Positions 47,009 to 56,195 of a stretch of DNA of 64,000 nt are shown piece after piece (the stretch's first letter is position 1; every line of letters begins with the position of its first letter). The notes below the pieces were generated by a model that worked only from the letters and a program-made list of their open reading frames with translations, had not been told where the DNA came from and did no database searches. Position numbers and translations under genes: made by a program. Origin of the DNA: an uncultured Clostridia bacterium (GTDB lineage Bacteria > Bacillota > Clostridia > Peptostreptococcales > Anaerovoracaceae); assembly GCA_945830395.1 (NCBI GenBank), contig CALZYE010000005.1, forward strand, positions 19,601 to 83,600. Direction: 5' to 3'.

Positions 47009-48076
47009 TTGCAATTGTATATTAAAAGAAATTCAGAGGAGCAGTATCTGAATCCGAGAGATTTAGGCGTAAAATTGATAAATGAAGAAAATTATACACA
47101 ATATATTCATTCCGAAAATCTAAACTGGCGAAAAACCCATGTAACGCAAGGGGATATAGCCTCTTTCGACGGGCTTTCTTTGAGGTACTACCATGCCTCA
47201 CAGCCCGAAACCCGCGCGCCCAAGGGCTGCCTCGTAATGCTTCACGGCTACTGCGGATTTTGGGGAAAATTCCACGAGATGGCCCAATACTACTGGCAGG
47301 CGGGGTATGAAGTTTTCTTCCTTGAACAGCGCGGTCACGGTTATTCCGGAAGACAAACAGGTGATAAGGACATGGTTCATGTAAATGACTACTCCGATTA
47401 TGTGGAAGATGTGAAAATTTTTATGGACAAAGTTATTACTCCTATTGCAAACGATCTGCCCCGTATCTTGTTCTCACATTCCATGGGCGGGGCTGTAGCG
47501 GCATTGTTTCTGGAAACTCATCCGGAATATTTCACGGCAGCAATACTCAGTTCCCCCATGCTGAGTATCCAAACGGGAGAGATTCCAAAAGCTGCCGTCT
47601 ATCTGCTCCGTGCAAAGGTGAAGCTCCTCCATCAAGAGCTTCAGCCCTTTCCCGGCGGAAAGCGTTTTGACGGCATTCCCTTATTTTCTGCCAGCAGCAC
47701 GCTTTCCGAAGCAAGATACAATTACATATTTGAACAACGGCTTGCAGATACTCACTATCACACATATATGCTGTCCAACGGCTGGGGCTGCGCAAGTTTC
47801 AGAGCAACCGCCAAAGCACTGCGGCACGCAGGCAAAATACAAATTCCCATCTTACTCTTGACTGCCGGAAACGATTCATTTGTTAAAATGGACGGCTGTG
47901 AAAAATTCAAGAAAAAAGCCGAAAATGTCCGCCACATACATTTTGAAGATGCAAAACACGAGCTGTTTAACGGAAACGATGCCATTATCGAAAAATATTA
48001 CGGTGTCATCTTTCAGTTTACAGAAAAAATATTTGATAATAAAAGCAGCAGTATGAGCCAATCCAATAGTTCCTGA
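47009..48076 (+). CDS. Alpha/beta hydrolase (lysophospholipase-like)
   Basis: LHGY, EQRGHG.S, SHSMGG nucleophile, HEL. Confidence 0.9.
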   Translation: MQLYIKRNSEEQYLNPRDLGVKLINEENYTQYIHSENLNWRKTHVTQGDIASFDGLSLRYYHASQPETRAPKGCLVMLHGYCGFWGKFHEMAQYYWQAGYEVFFLEQRGHGYSGRQTGDKDMVHVNDYSDYVEDVKIFMDKVITPIANDLPRILFSHSMGGAVAALFLETHPEYFTAAILSSPMLSIQTGEIPKAAVYLLRAKVKLLHQELQPFPGGKRFDGIPLFSASSTLSEARYNYIFEQRLADTHYHTYMLSNGWGCASFRATAKALRHAGKIQIPILLLTAGNDSFVKMDGCEKFKKKAENVRHIHFEDAKHELFNGNDAIIEKYYGVIFQFTEKIFDNKSSSMSQSNSS

Positions 48077-48328
48077 GAGAAATACCATAAAAAATAATAA
48101 TGATTACAGAAACTTAATTTATAAAAAAACTCACACGCTCTCATTATTCCTGTGTTGTTGCGTAGGTAGTATATATGTAGTATAGAGCTATATGAACATA
48201 TAATATTATAGTTGCTATTATGAATGCAATCATAGCTATTATGTTTTGATTATATTGAAAAAATATACTTTATATGTTATTGTCAATGTAAGATATTGCA
48301 ATAAACTTTCCGAAAGCGAGGTCACGCA

Positions 48329-48847
48329 ATGGCTATAGGCGAGAGAATACGCTGGTTCCGCAGAGCACAAAAGATGACGCAAAAGGAACTGGGGATTAAG
48401 ATGGGTTTCAGCGAGCAAAACGCAGACATGCGCGTAGGTCAGTATGAGAGCGAACAGAGGAAACCAAAACCTGACAAGGTAAAAGCGCTGGCACAAGTCT
48501 TTGGTATTGCCAGCGAGTCTATTTCTGTTCCGGATATTGATAATTATATTGGGCTAATGCATACCCTTTTTACATTGGAAGATCGTTATGGCTTAACCAT
48601 AACAATGTTGGATGGAGAGATCTGCATAAAGCAGGACATTAACCATCCTAACTATGATATTACTCTTACAAATGATTTGGAGGCATGGTATATGGCAAAA
48701 TCAAAACTTACCAGTGGTAGCATACTCACTGCAGAATACAATAAATGGCGATATAACTATCCAAAAGAGAGGATTGCCGAGGGTAAAAAGGCGATAGGCG
48801 GAATGAAAGCAAAGGTAAAATCTACAGGCGTAATAGAGGATAAATAG
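48329..48847 (+). CDS. XRE-family transcriptional regulator
   Basis: IGERIR..R....TQKELG...R..QYE...RKP. Confidence 0.88.
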   Translation: MAIGERIRWFRRAQKMTQKELGIKMGFSEQNADMRVGQYESEQRKPKPDKVKALAQVFGIASESISVPDIDNYIGLMHTLFTLEDRYGLTITMLDGEICIKQDINHPNYDITLTNDLEAWYMAKSKLTSGSILTAEYNKWRYNYPKERIAEGKKAIGGMKAKVKSTGVIEDK

Positions 48848-48937
48848 ATGGCGAAGCAAATGGAACATAAAATAATAAATGCAGATAGCAGAGAACTGAA
48901 GACTATAGAAACAAAATCAGTGCAACTGAGAGTGTGA
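48848..48937 (+). pseudogene. N-terminal fragment of an N4/N6 DNA methyltransferase
   Basis: MEHKIINADSRELKTIETKSVQL resembles the HKII.GDSR.....SV.L start that precedes TSPPY. Confidence 0.45.
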
Positions 48938-49052
48938 GAGAAAGTCTGTAAATAAGTATAAACCAATAGCCTTCTATGATAGAATTATCAAAGGAGGCTA
49001 TTTAAAATGGCAAAAAAAGAAGTAAAAAAGTAGGATCTTTAACGGAAGGTAA

Positions 49053-49262
49053 AGTTCAAATGGGACCGATAAGCTGGTACATCATGGTTTGCATCAGATA
49101 AAGGATGTGCCGGGGGGCATAATAGTTGATTGCAGCAATGAGGGAGTAAATACTCGAAAGGCAATGAAATTAGCAGAAGCACGATTGAGAAGAAGTGGTA
49201 AGGATAAAAAAATTAGGATTATCATAAAAGATGGAAATGAAATTATTGCTATCTTGAAATAA
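49053..49262 (+). pseudogene. C-terminal fragment of a phage minor-head (MuF) toxin-like domain
   Basis: Start-less frame DKLVHHGLHQIKDVPGGIIVDCSN...RLRRSG...IIIKDG..IAILK*. Confidence 0.5.
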
Positions 49263-49335
49263 AAAAAGAGGGTAGCACGAGCCCCAACCTAAAGGGGTCA
49301 GGGGACTACCCTCTAAAAACGTAGTGTTTTATCGT
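49260..49335 (-). ncRNA. Candidate convergent small RNA
   Basis: Minus-strand TTGACT-17-TAAATT promoter (49370-49342) and AGAGGGTAG...CTACCCTCT hairpin with a U-tract. Confidence 0.4.
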
Positions 49336-49389
49336 AAGTATAATTTATCATAAATTTGTTTAAAAGTCAAATGCTAAATATGGAAATGT

Positions 49390-49463
49390 GGCGGGGGTCA
49401 TCTAATGGTAAGATATTGGATTGTGGTTCCAAGTATGCCAGTTCGATTCTGGTCTCTCGCCCC
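49390..49463 (+). tRNA. tRNA-His(GTG), atypical phage-like sequence
   Basis: G-1/C73; D stem ATCT/AGAT; anticodon stem TTGGA/TCCAA with loop TTGTGGT; T arm GCCAG-TTCGATT-CTGGT. Confidence 0.85.
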
Positions 49464-49523
49464 AAGATTTGTTAAAGGTTCAAGCGAACAAATTCATTTG
49501 TCCGCCTTTTAGAGTGGCGAAAA

Positions 49524-49691
49524 ATGACATTAGTAAAAATTAAAAAAAATATAATAAAAATAAATGGGCATTGTGGGTATGCACCTGTTGGCGATGATAT
49601 TGTTTGTGCAGCCATGTCAACGCTGGTACAAACATTTATATGGTCGATAGAAGAATTAACCAATGATGAGATAACATACAATATAAAGTAG
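49524..49691 (+). pseudogene. Truncated Prp-type cysteine protease (phage type)
   Basis: GHCGYAPVGDDIVCAAMS matches GH.GY....DIVCA; only 55 aa. Confidence 0.75.
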
Positions 49692-49770
49692 ATATAGAAA
49701 AAATGGCTTAAAAATGGTATAATATTACTAATTATTGAGATAGAAAAATTAGAATTTGAGAGGATATTTA

Positions 49771-49932
49771 ATGAAGTTAAAGAAAAATAAACAGGTACCT
49801 GTTGGGATGTTGTTTTTGGTATTAGCTATCATCTTAAACAGAGTATCCAACATAAGTGATTTAGTTATTGGTATCCTATATGGAATATCAATCGGTGTAT
49901 TGACTATTGGAATTATCAATGGTAAAAAGTAA
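49771..49932 (+). pseudogene. Frameshifted small membrane protein
   Basis: Removing one T at GATTTTAGTT joins two hydrophobic halves (..SDLVIGILYGISIGVLTIGII..). Confidence 0.4.
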
Positions 49933-49957
49933 TTCCCAATTTGTGGAGGGGAATAAT

Positions 49958-50326
49958 TTGCTGGTATTAAATAAATTAGAGCAGTTACTAACTGTATGTA
50001 AAGTAAAAAACATTGACGATATAGATTTGAGCAAGGAATTCTACTTCATAGGTAAAACAGATGAAGAAATTTCTCTTGTGTGTGAAACAGATGATGTTCC
50101 TGAAAACACAATAGAGCGTGAAGATGGGTGGCGTGGTTTCCGTATTCAAGGAATTTTGGATTTTTCACTCATTGGCATTCTTTCAAAGTTGTCTGGAATA
50201 CTTGCAGATAATAAAATTGGAATTTTTGCGGTATCTACATTCAACACAGATTATATTTTAGTGAAAGATGTGGATTTTGAAAAATCATTAGCTGTATTAT
50301 CAAATGCCGGATATACAGTGATATAG
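49958..50326 (+). CDS. ACT-domain protein
   Basis: FIGKTDEEISLVC, GILDFSLIGIL, STFNTDYILV; TTG start after GGAGG. Confidence 0.85.
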   Translation: MLVLNKLEQLLTVCKVKNIDDIDLSKEFYFIGKTDEEISLVCETDDVPENTIEREDGWRGFRIQGILDFSLIGILSKLSGILADNKIGIFAVSTFNTDYILVKDVDFEKSLAVLSNAGYTVI

Positions 50327-50378
50327 ATTTCAGATACTTTAAACGCAAAGAAAATCATAGGAGGAGTGAATTATTAGT

Positions 50379-51299
50379 ATGAAAGATATTGATAATATTT
50401 GTAAAATCGCATTGGTGCAGGCAGAACCTGTAATGTTTGATAAAAGTGCATCGCTGAAAAAGGCACTTCAATATATTCGTGAAGCTGCAAGCCAAAAACC
50501 GGATTTGATTGTTTTCCCGGAACTGTTTATTCCGGGATATCCTGTTGGAATGAATTTCGGCTTTAGCATGGGAAAACGAAGCGAGGAGGGACGAAAAGAC
50601 TGGAAACGATACTACGATGCCTCTGTTGTTGCTGGAGAGACGGAGTTCCAACAACTCGCAGAGGCAGCCAGAAAAGCGGAGGCATACATCAGCCTTGGAT
50701 TTTCCGAGCGAGACGCTATTAGTGGAACGCTCTACAACAGCAATGTCATTTTTGAACCGAACGGGTCATATAAGGTACACAGAAAATTGAAGCCGACAGG
50801 ATCTGAGCGTGTTGTATGGGGAGATGCGAATAAGGATTATTTCCCTGTTACTGAAACGCCGTGGGGACCGATCGGCAGTATGATTTGTTGGGAAAGCTAT
50901 ATGCCGCTTGCTCGGGTAGCGCTCTATCAAAAGGGAATCACCATTTACATTTCACCAAATACCAATGACAATACGGAATGGCAAGCCACCATTCAGCATA
51001 TTGCAATCGAGGGAAAATGCTTCTTTGTGAATGCTGATATGATCATCAGACGCAGTTCATATCCTTCTGACTTGTGTGAGCGCAATATCGTATCCGAGCT
51101 TCCGGAATTTGTGTGCAGAGGAGGGAGCTGTATAATTGATCCATATGGACATTATTTGACAAAACCTGTCTGGGATAAAGAAACTATCATCTATGCAGAA
51201 CTTGATATGAATTTGCCTGCCGCCTGCAAAATGGAGCATGATGCGATCGGACATTATGCCCGTCCGGATGTACTTGAATTAAAAGTCAGCGAAAAATAA
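50379..51299 (+). CDS. Nitrilase (carbon-nitrogen hydrolase)
   Basis: VFPE, HRKLKPT..ER..WG, ICWES catalytic triad. Confidence 0.92.
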   Translation: MKDIDNICKIALVQAEPVMFDKSASLKKALQYIREAASQKPDLIVFPELFIPGYPVGMNFGFSMGKRSEEGRKDWKRYYDASVVAGETEFQQLAEAARKAEAYISLGFSERDAISGTLYNSNVIFEPNGSYKVHRKLKPTGSERVVWGDANKDYFPVTETPWGPIGSMICWESYMPLARVALYQKGITIYISPNTNDNTEWQATIQHIAIEGKCFFVNADMIIRRSSYPSDLCERNIVSELPEFVCRGGSCIIDPYGHYLTKPVWDKETIIYAELDMNLPAACKMEHDAIGHYARPDVLELKVSEK

Positions 51300-51440
51300 T
51301 AGTCTGTTGCCTCATCAACTTCCAGTTTGTCGAAGTAAAACAATTAAATACAAGCAATGATATAACAACTTACGAAACAGTAAATCAAAAAAGGTTTACT
51401 GTTTTTTCTTTGTCCAAAAACAGAAGAAAGGAAAACAGAA

Positions 51441-51761
51441 ATGAAAAACATAGATGAAAAAATCTTAATGGCAGAAGAAGAAATTAAGCAGTTACAAAAC
51501 AAAAGAAAAAAGCTTATTAGTCAGCAGAAACAAGAGAAACGAAAAAAGAGAGATAGACGTCTTTATGAAAAAGGAGGAGTATTTGAAGGTATCTTTACCG
51601 AAAGCAAGGACTTTACTAAAGACGAATTTTATCAGCTCATTACATTTCCAAATATCAAAGAAGCAGTCAATCAAAAAATCAGAAAAATCATAGAGAAAAG
51701 AGAACAAAGTGAAAATCAAAATACAGAAACACAAGAGGAAGTAATGGAAACAGAGGAATAG
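51441..51761 (+). CDS. DUF3847-like mobilisation accessory protein
   Basis: KR.RRL..KG..FE.IF; directly upstream of oriT and relaxase. Confidence 0.7.
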   Translation: MKNIDEKILMAEEEIKQLQNKRKKLISQQKQEKRKKRDRRLYEKGGVFEGIFTESKDFTKDEFYQLITFPNIKEAVNQKIRKIIEKREQSENQNTETQEEVMETEE

Positions 51762-51773
51762 TCCCTTGTTTAC

Positions 51774-51786
51774 AAGGGCGCACTTA
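51774..51786 (-). other. oriT nic site, MOBQ (RSF1010-type)
   Basis: TAAGTGCGCCCTT on the minus strand, flanked by several inverted repeats. Confidence 0.85.
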
Positions 51787-51998
51787 TACACCCTAAAGGG
51801 TGTGTGCGTTCTCCGAAGGCTCTTGCAGAGAGCATATCAGCTAAAGCTGATACAGGGGAGCTACACTCCCCTACGGAAATAAATTTCCTACCCCTTGTGT
51901 ACTTCCCAAAAGAAATCGGATAAAAGCTATCCGATTTTTTTAGGAAGTCTTTATCATCGCCACATTACCAACATCAAAAAAGAGAGGAGGTTTTACTT

Positions 51999-52952
51999 AT
52001 GGCGATATATCATCTTAGTATAAAGATTATCTCAAGAGGAAAAAATAAAAGTGCAGTAGCAGCTTCCGCCTATCGAAGTGGCGAAAAGATAAAAAACGAA
52101 TATGACGGAATAGTCCATGACTTTACAAGAAAAGGCGGAATAGCACATACAGAAATCCTATTGCCACAAAACGCACCACAAGAATTTTCAGATAGAGGAA
52201 AATTATGGAACAGCGTAGAGAAAATCGAAAAAATTAAAAACTCACAGCTTGCAAGAGAAATAGAAATTGCACTACCCAAAGAACTAAATCGAGAAAAACA
52301 GATAGAACTTGTACGAGAATATGTAAAAGAAAATTTTGTAAAAGTCGGTATGTGTGCCGATATTGCCTTACATGATAAAAATGACGGGAACCCACACGCT
52401 CATATACTTTTAACTATGCGACCATTAAACGAAGATAAAGCATGGGGAGCGAAATCAAAAAAGGAATATATCCTTGATGAAAACGGAGAGAAAGTAAAAC
52501 TCAAAAATGGCAATTACAAAACAAGAAAAATAAATACAGTAGATTGGAACGAACAAGACAAAGCAGAAGAGTGGAGAAAGTCGTGGGCAGACATTGCAAA
52601 CAAATATTTGGAAGAAAACAGCATACAGGAAAAAGTCGACCACCGTTCTTATCAAAGACAGGGGATAGAGCAAATACCTACCATTCATTTAGGAGTATCA
52701 GCAAGTCAAATGGAAAAGAAAGGCATAGCTACCGATAGAGGAAATATCAACCGAGAAATCAAGCATCAGAATAAGCTATTAAGAGAAATTGCACGAAGAA
52801 TAAAAGCCTTAATGAGATGGATAAGAAATTTAACAACAAACAAGAACAAAGATAATCTAACAGAGAACCAAGAGGATATATCTTTACAATCCGACATCTT
52901 ACCAAAACAAAATGATTTTATGTTGACTCAGTTATCTGTGAAGGTAGTATAG
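51999..52952 (+). pseudogene. MobA/MobL (MOBQ) relaxase, C-terminally truncated
   Basis: MAIYHL...SAVA..AYR, LARE.E.ALP, NPHAH; ends abruptly in unrelated sequence. Confidence 0.85.
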
Positions 52953-53057
52953 TTCAAAAAATCATATGGAAATAGACGCAAGAGGGAGTGGGAAATCACT
53001 CTCTTTTTGCTGTATAAATATAGACAATATATTTTGTGTCAGTCGCTTGACACGAGA

Positions 53058-53376
53058 GGGATTAGGTACTACAAACCTCGCATGTATTGCGTCCGAAAGA
53101 AATAGTATCGGTGTCGATATTGATCCCGAAATAGTAGTTCTTGCCAATCAATGGATAAAGAAAAAGGGAGAGAAAGTAAATACCATTGTAGATAGACGGA
53201 TAAGTGATCATCTAAACTTCATCGAAAGCCTTAGTGATGAAAAGAAATCGAAATGTTACACTAATGAGCCTCATAATTTTTTGGTAAAGACACGACAAGA
53301 AACAGCTCTAAAGATTAAGAGGATGAAGTCGCTAAGCATGAACAACGGCACCTTCATAAGTAGTTATGAAGACTAA
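53058..53376 (+). pseudogene. C-terminal fragment of a DNA methyltransferase
   Basis: GLGTT.LA.....RNSIG.DID is the tail of the SAM-binding motif; preceding DPF residues missing. Confidence 0.65.
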
Positions 53377-53733
53377 CTATATATAAATTAGAAATGGACT
53401 CCCTCAATTCAAGGAGTCCTTTATATACTTTGAACCATATATTATTATATCCATAAATGAAGTGCCTATAACTCGGCGAGTATCTTAGCTATATATTACC
53501 ATTGAAGGAAATTTACAGAAAAAATTTCATGTTCCCGAAGAGTATCAAAAGATTAATGGATATAGAAATGAGAGCTGAAGTTTACAAATCAGATTTATCT
53601 ATGGCGGATGGACTTGAAAAAATGAATAGATTTTCATCTTCAAAATGAACATTTCAAAAAAGGGATTGCCGGAGGGATTGCTGACTTAGGGGTAATTAGT
53701 GATAATATCAGGTTAAGACTTTATGAATAATTT

Positions 53734-53772
53734 AAAAAAATAGCCCTTGTAATCGTTGAAATTACAAGGGCT
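53734..53772 (-). terminator. Terminator downstream of tRNA-Lys
   Basis: AGCCCTTGTAAT...ATTACAAGGGCT followed by a T run on the minus strand. Confidence 0.75.
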
Positions 53773-53778
53773 TTCAAT

Positions 53779-53854
53779 TGGTACACCATCAGGGGCTCGA
53801 ACCCTGGACACCCTGATTAAGAGTCAGGTGCTCTACCAGCTGAGCTAATGGTGC
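53779..53854 (-). tRNA. tRNA-Lys(CTT)
   Basis: GCACCATTAGCTCAGCTGGTAGAGCACCTGACTCTTAATCAGG...TTCGAG...ACCA. Confidence 0.97.
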
Positions 53855-54031
53855 AAACCTGTCAACTGCGCCAAAGCTATCAATTCTAATGTTTTGACAC
53901 AGTTGTTATGATACCACTCAATGCGTGGTAAGTCAAGAGAAAAATACTTAAAAATTACACCGCCTGCAAACTCCTTACAAAACAAGTTTTTGCCTCTGCT
54001 GTTTCTCATCGCCTCTTCACAAGGGAAAGAA

Positions 54032-54760
54032 TTAAAGAAGCTCCAACATCTCTTCCAATATTGCCTCTTTCTCCTGAGGCGTGCTCACCATCTGTGCTTC
54101 TTTGCGATATTCCACCATCATAGCGCTGAATATATCTGCAATGTCAGGCGGCGTATAACTGATTGTATTGGCTCCGGCAGCGATGGTTTCCCTTATAGAG
54201 TCATCGCTTGGACCTCCTGTCGCTATAATCGGCACATTCGGATAGTCTTTTCTGATGTGCCGCACAAGCTCCGGAGTCTTGGCTGCATTGGAAACATTCA
54301 AAATCGAGGCTCCGGCAGCCAGTCTTGCATCTATGTCGGTGCTGGAATTTACCACGGTAGCAATGATAGGAATATCTATAACGCTTTTTATCATCTTTAT
54401 ATTTTCATTCTTCATAGGAGAGTTGACTACAACTCCATAGGCGCCGTCGCCTTCTGCATCCTTTGAAATCAAAGCGGTTCTAAGCCCCTGGGTAGTTCCC
54501 CCTCCAACCCCGCAAAAAACCGGAATTGAAGCGGCGTTGATTATCGCAGTGTTGATAATCTGCTGCGGTGTAAACGGATAAACTGCCAGAACCGCATCTG
54601 CATTGCAGTTTCTGATTATAGCAAGATCCGTGGTAAAGATACATGATTTTATTCGTCTGCCCAAAACCACCATACCCTTAGCTTTCCAAATAGCATCGGG
54701 CATTTGAATGGACTTTGCTCTAAGAGTTCCGTTTATCCTCGGAATATCCTTTATCGACAT
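54032..54760 (-). CDS. TIM-barrel protein of unknown function
   Basis: Alpha/beta barrel pattern; VGGG.T.G, ATGG; probable start MSIKDIP. Confidence 0.65.
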   Translation of the reverse strand: MSIKDIPRINGTLRAKSIQMPDAIWKAKGMVVLGRRIKSCIFTTDLAIIRNCNADAVLAVYPFTPQQIINTAIINAASIPVFCGVGGGTTQGLRTALISKDAEGDGAYGVVVNSPMKNENIKMIKSVIDIPIIATVVNSSTDIDARLAAGASILNVSNAAKTPELVRHIRKDYPNVPIIATGGPSDDSIRETIAAGANTISYTPPDIADIFSAMMVEYRKEAQMVSTPQEKEAILEEMLELL

Positions 54761-56195
54761 TTCTCTCCTCCTCATCGCTTACTATCGGCAAGATAATCTC
54801 CGTAGTATAAATTTTATTTTTATCACTAACAAGGAAAAATCCATGCATGTCCTGGCAAATCTTCCTACATGTTTTCAGTCCAATCTTTGTGCTTTCAACC
54901 TTCTTCGCTTCATCAGAAATATGATTCTTCAATGTTATCCTGACTTTATTATCCCAAATCTCGCCCCTTACTTCTACAGGAAAGCTCTTATCTGCATATT
55001 TCAATATGTTGGAGAACAAATTGTCAAACAATCTTCTTACAAGGGAAATATCGACATTTACCATCACGCCTTCCGGAATGTCAAACTCCATGTCAGTTTT
55101 CACATCCTTTGACATGGCTTCCGAAATATGCTCCATCAGAAGCTGCGGGAAAAGAATTCCCGAATCCGTCCTTTCAAGGGGCTTATTCTGGTTAGGATTT
55201 CCAAAGACTAAGAAGTATCTGAAGAGTTTGTCCGATAAATCTTTTAGCTGAATCGCCTTCTCTCTGCTGGATTTTATATAGCGAAGCATTTCCTCCTCAC
55301 TATTATATTTTTTCCCGTCGATTATGTCCAAATATCCGATTAAAGATGTAAGCGGCGTTCTTATATCGTGCGACATGGCTGTAATAAGGGCGGTATTTGC
55401 CGCCCAAGCCGCTTTTTCGCTGCTCATATTATCTACTATGGAATTTCTCATATTGTCGATGCTTTCAGCTAAGGCTCCGATTTCATCGTGCTTTCCCTTG
55501 GAAATTTCTCCGTCAAGTTCCCCCTCGCTTATACGGCAAACCTCACCGGAAAGCTTTCTGACTCTCTTTAAGACCATGCTGTTATATACCATTATTATCA
55601 ATATGAATACAAGGGCTGTCGTAATAATAGCTACTACATCCATTATTTTGTACCAGTATTTCTCCTTATTCACATTGATATAGACATAGTATTTACCATC
55701 GTGAAAATTTACATACCTGTTGAAAACATCCTCCTTAAACTCTTTGGCACCTATTCTCTTGGAGCTGTTTTTCTGATTGTCTATAATTTCCTGCTTGCTC
55801 TCCTGCACCGAATAGCCTACATCCTGAACATCTTTGGAATCCTCCATGTCCACAACCCATCCGCCGGAAAAGACATCACGCATATTATCCCACACCAAAA
55901 GCTGTGTGTAGTGCTTACTTTTTAGCCAGTTCTGAAGCTTTCGGCTGTCCGTTCCCTTCACCGAATGTTTCTTTATATACTTTTCGAGATTATTGTACCT
56001 TTCATCTACGATTTTTTTCTTTGCCGAATCAGAAAGATATGCCTTATTTGCCACATATTCCTCAAACTTGACCATGCCCAATAAAGTGATTACAGCGAAA
56101 AACCCCGCCATCAGCACCACGAGCACCAGCTTTACATTGAGAACGGAAAAGTATCTTTCCACTATATAATTTTTAAATTTCTTACCTTTACTCAA
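54720..56195 (-). CDS. Sensor histidine kinase (HAMP, HisKA, atypical HATPase)
   Basis: Two TM segments; SHDIRTPLT H box; NLFSNILKY N box. Confidence 0.92.
   Translation of the reverse strand: MSKGKKFKNYIVERYFSVLNVKLVLVVLMAGFFAVITLLGMVKFEEYVANKAYLSDSAKKKIVDERYNNLEKYIKKHSVKGTDSRKLQNWLKSKHYTQLLVWDNMRDVFSGGWVVDMEDSKDVQDVGYSVQESKQEIIDNQKNSSKRIGAKEFKEDVFNRYVNFHDGKYYVYINVNKEKYWYKIMDVVAIITTALVFILIIMVYNSMVLKRVRKLSGEVCRISEGELDGEISKGKHDEIGALAESIDNMRNSIVDNMSSEKAAWAANTALITAMSHDIRTPLTSLIGYLDIIDGKKYNSEEEMLRYIKSSREKAIQLKDLSDKLFRYFLVFGNPNQNKPLERTDSGILFPQLLMEHISEAMSKDVKTDMEFDIPEGVMVNVDISLVRRLFDNLFSNILKYADKSFPVEVRGEIWDNKVRITLKNHISDEAKKVESTKIGLKTCRKICQDMHGFFLVSDKNKIYTTEIILPIVSDEEERNVDKGYSEDKRNS

Larger units (their letters stand above)
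48100..53778. mobile_element. Decayed composite island next to tRNA-Lys (boundaries approximate)
   Basis: AT-rich; XRE, MTase fragments, phage relics, oriT, truncated relaxase; no integrase or att repeat seen. Confidence 0.75.

Noticed and set aside
48080-48330. Left att repeat matching the 3' end of tRNA-Lys
   Set aside because: I found no copy of the tRNA 3' end by eye, so the island's left boundary is only approximate
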